Origin: a virus
Reading direction: 5' to 3' (one strand)
IMG/VR virus record: IMGVR_UViG_3300005841_000001
Location: 37,658 to 101,657 of that record
Length of the DNA stretch: 64,000 bases
Within the stretch, counting starts at the first letter, position 1; each line of letters starts with the position of its first letter. The notes below the pieces were generated by a model. The model saw nothing but the letters and a program-made list of their open reading frames with translations, searched no databases and was not told the origin of the DNA. Positions 9,649 through 18,164 of the stretch are shown here, piece by piece. The translations under genes were made by a program, and so were the position numbers.

Positions 9649-10029
9649 GCCGACCATGAAGTGTCCATGAGCTGTCCAGGAAATGTCACCACACCAGCCC
9701 TACGGGCCGATATCGTGGACCTCGGCCAGTGGTTCGCATGACGAGTCCGCCCGCCCCGCAGCGTGTGCCGGGGCGGGCGTTCCTCGTTTCCGCACTGTCC
9801 AACAGGTGTCCAAGTCTTGGACCTGCGCCGATACGCCGGCTACCGTCGATCCCGTGGTGTTGCCGAGTTGCTGACGTCGCCCATGAAACCGCCCGCACGG
9901 GCCACCGGGGTTGCCGACCCGCCGTGTGGGCGGTTTCGCGTCACGTGGACTCCCCCTGGGCCCTCTCTCCTTCGCGCCGCGGAGGTACCCCTGGCCGCAC
10001 CATAACGGCAGGGGTCCGCGCACCACGAC

Positions 10030-10067
10030 GGAAGGCCCGCCCCGACACTTCCCGGGGCGGGCCTTCC
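10030..10067. terminator. Intrinsic terminator-like hairpin
   Basis: GGAAGGCCCGCCCCG...CGGGGCGGGCCTTCC just after 10077 stop. Confidence 0.65.
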
Positions 10068-10076
10068 TCGCTGAGC

Positions 10077-10205
10077 TCACTTGCGGTGCGGACAGGTGCC
10101 GCGGTGGTTCCCGAAGGTTCCGCCGCACGTCGAGCAGCTGATATCCCGGTTCTGGCCGTTGCTGTCGCGATTCGCGTCGTCCGGCGCCTGCATCCTCGGC
10201 TTCAT
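10077..10205 (-). CDS. 42-aa Cys/His micro-protein (not in ORF track)
   Basis: MKPRMQ...CSTCGGTFGNHRGTCPHRK; ATGA overlap with upstream gene. Confidence 0.55.
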   Translation of the reverse strand: MKPRMQAPDDANRDSNGQNRDISCSTCGGTFGNHRGTCPHRK

Positions 10206-10552
10206 GAGTTCACCCCCGCCCTGATCCCCTCGATTCGTGCCTGTACTCCGCGCAGTCGCGCGGCGTTCGCTGCGTCCTTCTTCGCGCGCATCTCGGCGGC
10301 CGTGGCGCGCCGCTCGAGCGAGTCATCCTGAAACGGCCGCGGGGGCACGTCGCCCGCGGTGATCTCCACTTCGCGGTCGTAGGTGACGACTTCGCCGTAC
10401 TCGCCGCGCATCGGCTCGAGCACGCCGACCATCGTCCCGTGCTCGCCGAAAACCGGGGGCGCGGCCACGAAGTACCAGCGGCTGTTCGTGAGGAAGTACT
10501 GCCCCTTGCACAGGTCCTCGACGGGGATCCGCAGGGTCCGAACTGTCGACAT
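10202..10552 (-). CDS. Hypothetical protein
   Basis: Start MSTVRTLRIP after GAAAGG RBS. Confidence 0.7.
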   Translation of the reverse strand: MSTVRTLRIPVEDLCKGQYFLTNSRWYFVAAPPVFGEHGTMVGVLEPMRGEYGEVVTYDREVEITAGDVPPRPFQDDSLERRATAAEMRAKKDAANAARLRGVQARIEGIRAGVNS

Positions 10553-10562
10553 GTCGACCCTT

Positions 10563-10796
10563 TCAGAAGATGGACGAGACCAGCTCGCCGAGCTCGCCGA
10601 GCAGGCCGGCGATCGTGTACAGGGCCGAGCCGATGGTGTCGACGAACAGCCACTGGAACCCGGCGTAGCACCCGATCCTCGCCGGCTCAAGCACGTCGTG
10701 GACGAGGTGGGCGCCGAGGGGGGTCACGATGAGCAGGCCGAGGACGATCAGCGTGGCAACCGCGGCGGCGGCGTTGCGGGTCTGTGTGGTGGTCAT
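10563..10796 (-). CDS. Small membrane protein (leaderless)
   Basis: Hydrophobic helices; ATG 6 nt after TAGACT. Confidence 0.7.
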   Translation of the reverse strand: MTTTQTRNAAAAVATLIVLGLLIVTPLGAHLVHDVLEPARIGCYAGFQWLFVDTIGSALYTIAGLLGELGELVSSIF

Positions 10797-10802
10797 GAGG
10801 CG

Positions 10803-10831
10803 AGTCTAGCCGAGCTAACTCGGAGCGTCAA
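10803..10831 (-). promoter_or_regulatory. Operator-promoter repeat
   Basis: TTGACG-CTCCGAGTTAGCTCGGC-TAGACT. Confidence 0.85.
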
Positions 10832-11182
10832 CTAGAACTTCTTGCCGCCCTCGCCGGCGCGGGCCTCGCGCTGGTGGTCCAGCCGGGCGGCGTTGTACTG
10901 CATCTTCTCGCGGTAGGCGCCCTCGAGGTCCAGCCTGAACGCACCCGCGTAGTCAAAGATCCGGATCAGCGCGTCGGCCAGTTCGACCTCCTCGGCTGAG
11001 CGGTGCGGCAGATGGTCGTCGGGCCGGCCTTTGCGCACACCCTCGAGCGCCTCGGACAGCTCGGAATGCATCAGGGCGATCAGCTCACCTCGATTGCGCT
11101 CGAGCCGGCGGCCCTGCTCGTCGTACCACCAGATGTGGTTCGCCGCGTGTGCTTCTTCCGCGTACTGGTTCAATCCGTCCAC
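10832..11182 (-). CDS. MazG-like all-alpha NTP pyrophosphohydrolase
   Basis: IALMHSELSEALEGVRK ... EEVELADALIRIFD acidic metal-binding motif; EKMQYN..R. Confidence 0.85.
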   Translation of the reverse strand: MDGLNQYAEEAHAANHIWWYDEQGRRLERNRGELIALMHSELSEALEGVRKGRPDDHLPHRSAEEVELADALIRIFDYAGAFRLDLEGAYREKMQYNAARLDHQREARAGEGGKKF

Positions 11183-11195
11183 TATGGACTCCGTT

Positions 11196-12191
11196 TCATC
11201 GGACGTTGTACACCCGCGCCTTTGTGACGACGGGAGTTCCTTCGGGCCCGCGGCTGTGCTCGCTGATCTTGCGGCGCACGCGCGTCCGCTCGCCGGTCTC
11301 CTTGTCCACCACCCAGTAGTGCCGATAGTGCTCGCGAACCGTCACCTGGTGATCCAACGGCTTGCCCGAGCCAGGGTTCTGCACCGGCTGCGATGGCCGT
11401 CGCATCTCGATCACCGAGACGTCGCCGGACAACCCGGCCCGTTGCGCTCGCTTGCGGGTGGTTCGCGGCACGTGCACCGGTTCGTCGTCCTCGGGTGGCC
11501 GGGACTCCGGCGTGTCCGCGTGCTTCCACACCGCCATCAGCAGGCGCGCGACGGATACTCGGCCGCCCTGGCTCGGGTCGAACCCGTTCGTGACGGCGTT
11601 CTTCCGTTCCGTTGGGGACAGCCGCGAGGACATCGGGCCGCACTGCTGGAAGTCCAGCATCACCAGCATGTTCGAGATGAAGAAGCCGCCCGTCATGCCC
11701 TGGATCGACTCGATCGTGGTGCTGCCTCCCGTGGCCAACGCACGTTGCTTGAGCATCGCGGTCGCCGTATCTTCGCCGCGGTTCGCGTCGCACCAGGTAG
11801 TGATCGTGTAGCCGTTCGTTTCCTCGCCTTTGGGTGTCGTAAGGAACGCGCGACCCCAGCTGATCATGTGGAAGTACTGCGAGTATCCGCCGACATGCAG
11901 TGAGTTCAAGGGGTCCTCGAACACCAGTAGGCCGTAATCCATGGGTGGCTTGACAGTGTCGACGCGGTCGGTGTCCGAAAAGGACCGAGCGATCCGGTAG
12001 ATTTCCTCGTTCGCCGTCGCGGCGACACGGATGGTTCCCGCCTGCTGGATCTGGTCGGCCACCTTGACGCCTACGTCGGGATCCGACAGCTGGGCACGTT
12101 TTGCCCACGATTGGATCCAGCGACACATCCGCATGTCGTCCAGTCGGACGGCGAGATCGGTGTGAATGTCGACGGCATCGGCGGGCCGCAT
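11196..12191 (-). CDS. Phage hypothetical protein with basic His-rich C-terminus
   Basis: Start MRPADAV after GGGAG; C-terminal HQVTVREHYRHYW...ISEHSRGP. Confidence 0.7.
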   Translation of the reverse strand: MRPADAVDIHTDLAVRLDDMRMCRWIQSWAKRAQLSDPDVGVKVADQIQQAGTIRVAATANEEIYRIARSFSDTDRVDTVKPPMDYGLLVFEDPLNSLHVGGYSQYFHMISWGRAFLTTPKGEETNGYTITTWCDANRGEDTATAMLKQRALATGGSTTIESIQGMTGGFFISNMLVMLDFQQCGPMSSRLSPTERKNAVTNGFDPSQGGRVSVARLLMAVWKHADTPESRPPEDDEPVHVPRTTRKRAQRAGLSGDVSVIEMRRPSQPVQNPGSGKPLDHQVTVREHYRHYWVVDKETGERTRVRRKISEHSRGPEGTPVVTKARVYNVR

Positions 12192-12246
12192 CGGCTCTCC
12201 CTCGGGACGGGACAGGGGCCGCCGTCCACGATGGACAGCGGCCCCT

Positions 12247-12275
12247 AGTCTAGCCGAGTTATCCCGGTGAGTCAA
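12247..12275 (-). promoter_or_regulatory. Operator-promoter repeat
   Basis: TTGACT-CACCGGGATAACTCGGC-TAGACT. Confidence 0.8.
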
Positions 12276-12559
12276 GCGGGCAGGTGTGACCCTTCCTCGT
12301 GGTCGACGACGGTCTTGAGCGTATGCGCCGGCAGGATCTTGTAATGCTCGGCCAGCGGGCGGGCGGCTCGCCGGTACTGCTGCACGTAGGCCACCAGCGC
12401 GCCGTCGTCGTTTTCAACGCGGTAGCGCTGCTGGCCTTCGCGCAGGATCCAGCCGCCGACGGACTCGAAGGTGCCGTCTTCGGAGGTGATCAAGATGCTG
12501 GCCTTGCCGCGCGAGACGACGTCGATGGACGCGGTCGCTCTCGGCTTCGGGTCGGTCAT
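12272..12559 (-). CDS. Hypothetical protein
   Basis: GAGAGG RBS; stop TGA lies inside the next promoter's -35. Confidence 0.7.
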   Translation of the reverse strand: MTDPKPRATASIDVVSRGKASILITSEDGTFESVGGWILREGQQRYRVENDDGALVAYVQQYRRAARPLAEHYKILPAHTLKTVVDHEEGSHLPA

Positions 12560-12594
12560 GGTTGCGCCTCTCGTGCCAGGGTCGTACCTTGGCT

Positions 12595-12623
12595 AATCTA
12601 GCCGACTCAACGCGGAGCGTCAA
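12595..12623 (-). promoter_or_regulatory. Operator-promoter repeat
   Basis: TTGACG-CTCCGCGTTGAGTCGGC-TAGATT. Confidence 0.75.
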
Positions 12624-12703
12624 AGACCCCGGCGCGCCGCGCCGGCACTGCTCGAGCGGGGTGGGATGCTGGCCGCGACAACCCGGACGACCAGGGAGAA
12701 CCG

Positions 12704-13165
12704 ATGTCCTACACCGACAGCAGCGGCGCCGCGCTCAGCAAGGCGCAGATCGTCGCGGCCGCGACCACGATCGCCGGCGAGACCGTCTACCAGATCGGCG
12801 CGGACGTCCACCAGCGCGTCACGCAGGACGGCGACGACTTCGAGGCCAACGTCCGGCTCGCCCTGGTGGCCGGCCAGAAGATCACGCAGACGCAGCTCGA
12901 TGCGATGTTCAAGCCGGCCACCATCGACACCGTCACCCCGGCGTCCGGCGCCGCGGCCGGCGGTACCGCGATCACGATCAAGGGCACGAACTTCGGGGGC
13001 GTCACCGCGGTCACCGTCGGCGGCGTCGCGGTGACGAGCCTCAAGGTGGTTTCCGAGACCACCATCACCGCCGTCACGGGTGCGCACGCGGCCGGCGCCG
13101 TGTCGGTTGTCGTGACCGACGACTCGGGTGCGGTCACCAAGACCACGGCCTACACCTACGTGTGA
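12704..13165 (+). CDS. IPT/TIG Ig-like domain protein (possible virion decoration)
   Basis: TIDTVTPASGAAAGGTAITIKGTNF..VTVGG..VVSETTITAVT..AYTY is a classic IPT/TIG pattern. Confidence 0.85.
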   Translation: MSYTDSSGAALSKAQIVAAATTIAGETVYQIGADVHQRVTQDGDDFEANVRLALVAGQKITQTQLDAMFKPATIDTVTPASGAAAGGTAITIKGTNFGGVTAVTVGGVAVTSLKVVSETTITAVTGAHAAGAVSVVVTDDSGAVTKTTAYTYV

Positions 13166-13200
13166 TCGGACTCCCGGCAGCGGCGGCCGGGGTACGAAGA

Positions 13201-13240
13201 AGGGCCCCCCTCGGCGACCTCCCCGAGGTGGGGCCCTTCC
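13201..13240. terminator. Bidirectional terminator-like hairpin
   Basis: AGGGCCCCCCTCGG...CCGAGGTGGGGCCCTTCC between convergent genes. Confidence 0.6.
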
Positions 13241-13261
13241 ATTTCGCAGCGCGGGAGGCTG

Positions 13262-13339
13262 CTAGCGGGTGATGCCGTCGAAGTAGTCCTCGAGGGCGTC
13301 GACGACGGCTTCGTTCTTGGGGTCGTAGGTGTCGGACAT
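13262..13339 (-). CDS. 25-aa acidic micro-peptide MSDTYDPKNEAVVDALEDYFDGITR
   Basis: Own repeat promoter (13444-13472), GGAAAG RBS, GC3-biased codons, downstream terminator. Confidence 0.55.
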   Translation of the reverse strand: MSDTYDPKNEAVVDALEDYFDGITR

Positions 13340-13443
13340 GGAGGCTCGCTTTCCGTTCGGTGATGGGGTGTCGGGCCGGGCGGGGAACCTGTCGGTGCCC
13401 GGGGGCGGAGGTAGGTAGCATCCCGCCCGGCCTGACACTTCCG

Positions 13444-13472
13444 AGACTAGCCGAACCTACTCGGCTTGTCTA
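13444..13472 (-). promoter_or_regulatory. Operator-promoter repeat
   Basis: TAGACA-AGCCGAGTAGGTTCGGC-TAGTCT. Confidence 0.8.
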
Positions 13473-14314
13473 GTCACGAACCGTCGCACCCGACGGAAGG
13501 CGGCCGCTACCGCCTCCGGCGCTCGGTAAATGACGAAATCGATCACTGCGTCGAGCACCTCGAGGATGACGAATCCATCATCACGGCACTGCTCCGCCCA
13601 CCGCTGACGTGCCGTCCTTTGTGGATAGATGATGTGGCTACGGTCGTCGAAATGGGGAATGTCGCCGAGCATGTGTGCCGGCAGTGCGAAGGCCTCGGCG
13701 ATCCACCGTGCCTGCTCCGTCATCTCGCGGCGTCGGCGCACGATGCCCTCGGAGTAACGGACCAAGTCCATCACGCGAGATGCGTCGTTGGCCGGCGGTC
13801 GGACAGACCAGACCGGGTCCACGCTCAGGAACGTCTCGATCCGGCCGTCCATGTGGATCCGAGCATGCGTCACCGTAGCGTGCGCCTGCCACCCGCCGCC
13901 GTGGCCGTTCAGGATGTATGCCTGGCCGGGGAGTGGTGCGATGCGCGGCATGACTCGGAACTCGTTCCCCATGAACAGGTTGTACGCCTCTCGCCGTCGC
14001 TCTTCCCCACGCTGATAGGCGGCCGCGAAGGCTTCGGGTGTCAGGAACTGCATCAGGCCGAACCCGCTCTCGAAATCCGGTTGCTCGGACCGATGCGTCG
14101 GCGTGGCCGGGTGATCCTCGGGCACGACGACTTCGCCGGCCGAGTACGAGTGGAACGGCGACGGCTCGAACTTGCCACCGATCTGCTCGGCCTGCCATGC
14201 CCGTTCGCACGTCTCGCGACAGAAGTCGTCCGACGGGCTCGACTCGGGGATCGTCTTCTTGCACCACTGGCACGGCCGTTCGATCACGGCGTCCAGATCT
14301 TCGAGGAATCCCAC
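13457..14314 (-). CDS. Hypothetical protein with N-terminal Zn finger
   Basis: CQWC...FCRETC; GGAGGG RBS. Confidence 0.7.
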   Translation of the reverse strand: MGFLEDLDAVIERPCQWCKKTIPESSPSDDFCRETCERAWQAEQIGGKFEPSPFHSYSAGEVVVPEDHPATPTHRSEQPDFESGFGLMQFLTPEAFAAAYQRGEERRREAYNLFMGNEFRVMPRIAPLPGQAYILNGHGGGWQAHATVTHARIHMDGRIETFLSVDPVWSVRPPANDASRVMDLVRYSEGIVRRRREMTEQARWIAEAFALPAHMLGDIPHFDDRSHIIYPQRTARQRWAEQCRDDGFVILEVLDAVIDFVIYRAPEAVAAAFRRVRRFVTRQAE

Positions 14315-15069
14315 GGCTCCCCACCCTCCAATTTGGTCAGTCCGATATCGGCCCGTCGGCCGGCTAGGTTTCCGTCGATGGCTCCGTAGTCGAACATCGT
14401 CGGTGGCTGGTAGTCGACCTTGTTGATGTCCGGGAACCGTTTGTTGTAGTAGTCCTCGGCGTCCTGGTCTCGGGTACGCAAGGCCAGCTCGGTTGATGGT
14501 CCCGCAGGCAGCACATGCTCCTCGTCGCGCTCTTGCTGCACCTCGGCCGCGGTGCGCTGCTCGATCTGGTCGAGCCGGATCCCGACTGCTTGGGAGTACG
14601 CGGCGTACCAGTTGCGGGCGTAGCGCTGGTAGAGCGTTTCGGTGATGAAGTCGCGGCCGGCGGCGTCGGTGGCGAGCCCATTCTGCGCCACGACCGACAG
14701 CGTTTCGAAGAGCATTTCGACGCGGTCGATGTCCACCGGTGCGCCCATCACGAGGGCACCCGAGGGCACACGGTTGCGTTTGTGGCGCAGGTGTACCGAG
14801 CGGCAGTGCACCGCGGCCGCGATGTGCGCGATCAAGACGATCTTCTCTTGCGCGAACGGCGCCTGGACAGTGATCACGCGTTCGGTGACGCCGTCGAGTC
14901 CGCGCGCGTCGTCGAGGTCTTGGGGCTGGATCGCGTGGCGCGCCATCACTTCTGCCGCATGGGACGCGTAGATCCGGGCCTCGGCTTCGGTGGCCGCCGG
15001 GTCGCGGGCCTTCGCGAGCAGACTGTTGATCGTCGCGATCCGCTTTTCGCGGGTCGGCTTCTTGGGCAT
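14284..15069 (-). CDS. DUF2786 domain protein
   Basis: KRIATINSLLAKARDPAATEAEARIYASHAAEVMARHAI matches the DUF2786 pattern; leaderless start at 15069. Confidence 0.8.
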   Translation of the reverse strand: MPKKPTREKRIATINSLLAKARDPAATEAEARIYASHAAEVMARHAIQPQDLDDARGLDGVTERVITVQAPFAQEKIVLIAHIAAAVHCRSVHLRHKRNRVPSGALVMGAPVDIDRVEMLFETLSVVAQNGLATDAAGRDFITETLYQRYARNWYAAYSQAVGIRLDQIEQRTAAEVQQERDEEHVLPAGPSTELALRTRDQDAEDYYNKRFPDINKVDYQPPTMFDYGAIDGNLAGRRADIGLTKLEGGEPWDSSKIWTP

Positions 15070-15076
15070 GAGGGCT

Positions 15077-15105
15077 ATGCTAGCCGACTTAACTCGGTTC
15101 GTAAA
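15077..15105 (-). promoter_or_regulatory. Operator-promoter repeat (leftward of divergent pair)
   Basis: TTTACG-AACCGAGTTAAGTCGGC-TAGCAT. Confidence 0.75.
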
Positions 15106-15120
15106 CGTCGGTGCGTCGTC

Positions 15121-15149
15121 GACCCGCTCCGAGTAAGCCCGGCTAGGAT
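15121..15149 (+). promoter_or_regulatory. Operator-promoter repeat (rightward of divergent pair, weak -35)
   Basis: GACCCG-CTCCGAGTAAGCCCGGC-TAGGAT. Confidence 0.6.
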
Positions 15150-15180
15150 GGCCACATCCCGACTCGAAAGGATCATCACC

Positions 15181-15672
15181 ATGAGCCAGTTCGCCGACGA
15201 GCTCGCCGAGCGCATGCAGACCAAACTCGCCAGGCACTTCGCTCGCATGCCCGGTGAGACAGCCATCTCCATTCCCACCAAGATGCTCGCGCGCGCAGTG
15301 GAAGAGATGCTCGCCGACGGCCGCGCCGTCCCCGAGGTCCCGCGCTACGACCCCGAGCTGGCCGAGAAGCTGAAGTGGTCCGGTCTGACGGCCGACCTCA
15401 CCACCTTCGTCCCGCCCACGATCGCCGCGGACGTCGACGGCCCCGGCGTGGTGCTCACCATCCAGCACGGCGTCGAGTACTCCGAGGACGAGGACGCGCC
15501 CGCCCCGCCGCCGATCGTGCTCGAGGCGATGCCGGACACGATGCGCGCGTTCGCGCTGCATCTGCTGTCGGTGTGCGAGCAGGCCGAGGGCGGCACCACG
15601 AAGCCCGAGCTGCACGGGCCGGCCGCCGATGTCGAGCTGGAGCAGCGCGAGATCCGGGTGCTCGGCGGATGA
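15181..15672 (+). CDS. Hypothetical protein
   Basis: GAAAGGA RBS; start MSQFADEL. Confidence 0.75.
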   Translation: MSQFADELAERMQTKLARHFARMPGETAISIPTKMLARAVEEMLADGRAVPEVPRYDPELAEKLKWSGLTADLTTFVPPTIAADVDGPGVVLTIQHGVEYSEDEDAPAPPPIVLEAMPDTMRAFALHLLSVCEQAEGGTTKPELHGPAADVELEQREIRVLGG

Positions 15673-15932
15673 GGGAAGTTCTGTTCGGCCTCGTCATGCC
15701 TTGGGTCAGCATGATCCCCTTCGTGCTGGTCGTCATCGCGGCCATCGAGATGGTCGTGGACTGGCTGCCCTCGCGGTTGCCCGTCGAGCCCGAGGAATCG
15801 TTCGAGCGCATCGTGATCGTGCCCGGCCACAACGGATTCGCCGCGCGGATCACCGATCCGCTGTTCTTCCAGGGGCCGCCGGTGGTGGATCCCACGGATT
15901 TCATCGGGACCACCGGCCTACTTGACCCCTGA
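15669..15932 (+). CDS. Small membrane protein
   Basis: ATGA overlap; N-terminal hydrophobic helix. Confidence 0.6.
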   Translation: MREVLFGLVMPWVSMIPFVLVVIAAIEMVVDWLPSRLPVEPEESFERIVIVPGHNGFAARITDPLFFQGPPVVDPTDFIGTTGLLDP

Positions 15933-15934
15933 GC

Positions 15935-15963
15935 TTGTCGAGCCGAGTAAACTCGGCTAGACT
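15935..15963 (+). promoter_or_regulatory. Operator-promoter repeat
   Basis: TTGTCG-AGCCGAGTAAACTCGGC-TAGACT. Confidence 0.85.
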
Positions 15964-15995
15964 TCCATCAAGACCGACCAGAAAGGAGGCCCCTC

Positions 15996-16655
15996 GTGGA
16001 GAGCAGGAACACCCGCGCTCAGTGGGCCGACGACGTTCCCGACCTGTACGGGGAGAGCCTCGCCAAGGCCGGCGATTACCTCACCATCGCGCAGGTCAGC
16101 AACCTGACGTCGCTGTCGCCGAACACGCTCAGGGACGCACTCAGCCGGCCCCCGGTGACGCGCAAGGACAACCCGATGTTCGCGCTGTCGCGCCCGGCCG
16201 CCCGCATCGCCAACCAGCCGCTCTACTCCCCCGAGCAGGTCGAGCAGGCGAAGAAGATCCAGAAGGACACCGGCCACCGCCACCTCGGCGGCGGCACCGA
16301 GGCTCTCGAGGTCGTCTCGCCCCAGGAAGCCGAACGGGCGGGGCTCGTCTCGATCGTCGAGTTCAAGGACTTCGCCGGCGTGCACGAGCAGACCGTGCGC
16401 CGGTGGGCCCGTGAGCAGGAGTCGTTCCCGCAGCCGGTCGCCCTGCGTTCGCGCTCGGGCGGCGAGCAGGACGGTGCCCGGGTGCACCCCGGCGTGCCGA
16501 TCGTGATGTACGAGTTCGACGCCGCGAAGAAGTGGCTGCGCAACTACATCGAGACCGGCACCGGCAAGCGCGTCGAGCGGATCGCGGAACACATGCGCGC
16601 CGCGCACGACTGGAAGATCCGGGCCGGTTCCCGAGCGGAAGCGATCAGCGCGTAA
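15996..16655 (+). CDS. DNA-binding protein with two MerR/AlpA-like HTH units
   Basis: YLTIAQVSNLTSLSPNTLRD...PLYSPEQV and LVSIVEFKDFAGVHEQTVRRW...FPQP; AAAGGAGG RBS. Confidence 0.7.
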   Translation: MESRNTRAQWADDVPDLYGESLAKAGDYLTIAQVSNLTSLSPNTLRDALSRPPVTRKDNPMFALSRPAARIANQPLYSPEQVEQAKKIQKDTGHRHLGGGTEALEVVSPQEAERAGLVSIVEFKDFAGVHEQTVRRWAREQESFPQPVALRSRSGGEQDGARVHPGVPIVMYEFDAAKKWLRNYIETGTGKRVERIAEHMRAAHDWKIRAGSRAEAISA

Positions 16656-16694
16656 ACTCCCCTCTCGAGCGGCTCGTTGCTCAGGGGAGCAAGG

Positions 16695-16733
16695 AGAAGA
16701 CCCCGTCGGCCGGTGATGGCGACGGGGTCTTCT
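16695..16733. terminator. Bidirectional terminator
   Basis: AGAAGACCCCGTCG...CGACGGGGTCTTCT between convergent genes. Confidence 0.7.
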
Positions 16734-17566
16734 TACGTCCACAATCGACTGACCATTCGCTCGAGGGCCTCGAGCAGCGGCAGCAGCGCACCGAACACCG
16801 CGAGCACTGCCACGCCGGCGCCGGCGATCGACAGCGGGAAAATCAGCCGTTTCTCTACCGCCTTGCCGGCCTTGAACCGCAGCGGCGTCGGCGAGCCGGC
16901 GGAGAACCAACGCTGCCCTTTGATCACCAGCGGGAAGAACAGCGGCGCCCCGTAGTCGGTGAGTGCGTCGCCAAGAGCGTGCACCCACGCGCCGAGGCCG
17001 ACGACCAGACCGATCATGATCGGCATCTGGTCGGCGTAGGTGCCGTGCAGCGCGAGGTACGCGGCACCGGTGAGGATGGTCGCGGTGCCGTAGTCGCGAC
17101 TCGCCTTGTGCTTGGGCGGCAACGCGCGCAGCGCCCACACCAAGAACAACCAGATCACCGCGAGGGTTGCCCAGGTACCTGGTGTCGTGCCCCAAATCCC
17201 GGCGACCGCGGGAATGCCGCCGAAGAGCAGGCCGAGGCCTGGCGGTCCGAACGGTGTATGCGTGATGCCGCGGTGCCCGTCGAGGTTCTTGCGATCACGG
17301 GCGGTCTTGGTGCGGGCGTACACGCTCGCGGACAGCGTCTGGATTGCCGCTGATCCGACAGCGGAGACGACACCGAGAGAGCGGGACGCGGTGGCGTTGG
17401 GGTGGTCGAGGTCGGGCGCGATCGCGGCGCCGGCGCACAGCATGCCGAGGGTGAGCGCGGTCGGGATGTTCATCGGCTGGTCGAGGACGGGGGCGAAGGT
17501 GCTCGCGGCAAGGCCGGCGGTCAGTCCGTGCAGGGCGTGCGTCGGTCCCATGACCATGATCGTCAT
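16733..17566 (-). CDS. Membrane-bound metal-dependent hydrolase (YdjM/DUF457-like)
   Basis: MGPTH, PDLDH, HRGITHT, HALGDALT motifs; multiple TM helices. Confidence 0.85.
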   Translation of the reverse strand: MTIMVMGPTHALHGLTAGLAASTFAPVLDQPMNIPTALTLGMLCAGAAIAPDLDHPNATASRSLGVVSAVGSAAIQTLSASVYARTKTARDRKNLDGHRGITHTPFGPPGLGLLFGGIPAVAGIWGTTPGTWATLAVIWLFLVWALRALPPKHKASRDYGTATILTGAAYLALHGTYADQMPIMIGLVVGLGAWVHALGDALTDYGAPLFFPLVIKGQRWFSAGSPTPLRFKAGKAVEKRLIFPLSIAGAGVAVLAVFGALLPLLEALERMVSRLWT

Positions 17567-17595
17567 CCTTTGCGGCGTGTCGAGGCGGAGTCCTC

Positions 17596-17628
17596 TTGTC
17601 AGGCTAGTCTAGCCGAGCTACCGTGGTG
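17596..17628. promoter_or_regulatory. Overlapping divergent promoters with operator half-sites
   Basis: Plus: TTGTCA-N17-TACCGT; minus: CTCGGC-TAGACT; contains GGCTAGTCTAGCC palindrome. Confidence 0.6.
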
Positions 17629-17667
17629 AGGTTCCGACCCGGCCATCACCCGGAAAGGGCAAGACTC

Positions 17668-17937
17668 ATGTACGGCTATCCCAGCGTTTACAAGGACCAA
17701 TTCGGCAAGAACTGGATCGCGGACTATTGCGGTGGCACCCGCGAGAACCCCAGTGGCCCGCTCGGGCGCGAGGGTTTCACCAACTTCGGGGCCGCGGTCG
17801 AGGCGGCGGACACTTACGCCCGCCGGGAGCGCGGCCTGTATCACGTGCGACTCCAGGAGACCTACGCCGCCGAGCGGGTCGAGGAGGTCCACAAACGGGC
17901 CGCCGACAACCGCGGTCGGCGTTTGGTTTCCGCGTGA
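17668..17937 (+). CDS. Hypothetical protein
   Basis: GAAAGGG RBS; start MYGYPS. Confidence 0.65.
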   Translation: MYGYPSVYKDQFGKNWIADYCGGTRENPSGPLGREGFTNFGAAVEAADTYARRERGLYHVRLQETYAAERVEEVHKRAADNRGRRLVSA

Positions 17938-18164
17938 GCAACCGGCGCACCCTCAAGCTCGAGGCGAAGCCGATCTTGGACTCGCGTGCGTTCATCGGGA
18001 TGGCCAGTCGGCACGGCCAGTTCGTCTGCACCTGTGGACACCCGGCCGGTCACCTGCACCCCGAGGACGCGATCACCTGCGTGGGCGTCATGGCGGCCGA
18101 GCTCACGGTGGACGTCCGCAAGGCCTTGACGCGCCTAGCTAACTCGGCTAGTCTCGCAGGATGA
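17934..18164 (+). CDS. Small Cys/His hypothetical protein
   Basis: GTGA overlap; CTCGHPAGHLH. Confidence 0.6.
   Translation: MSNRRTLKLEAKPILDSRAFIGMASRHGQFVCTCGHPAGHLHPEDAITCVGVMAAELTVDVRKALTRLANSASLAG
18126..18154 (+). promoter_or_regulatory. Operator-promoter repeat
   Basis: TTGACG-CGCCTAGCTAACTCGGC-TAGTCT. Confidence 0.8.

Noticed and set aside
9660-9812. DnaA boxes / replication origin
   Set aside because: Only TGTCCA hexamers, not full TTGTCCACA boxes; no AT-rich unwinding region or adjacent Rep gene.
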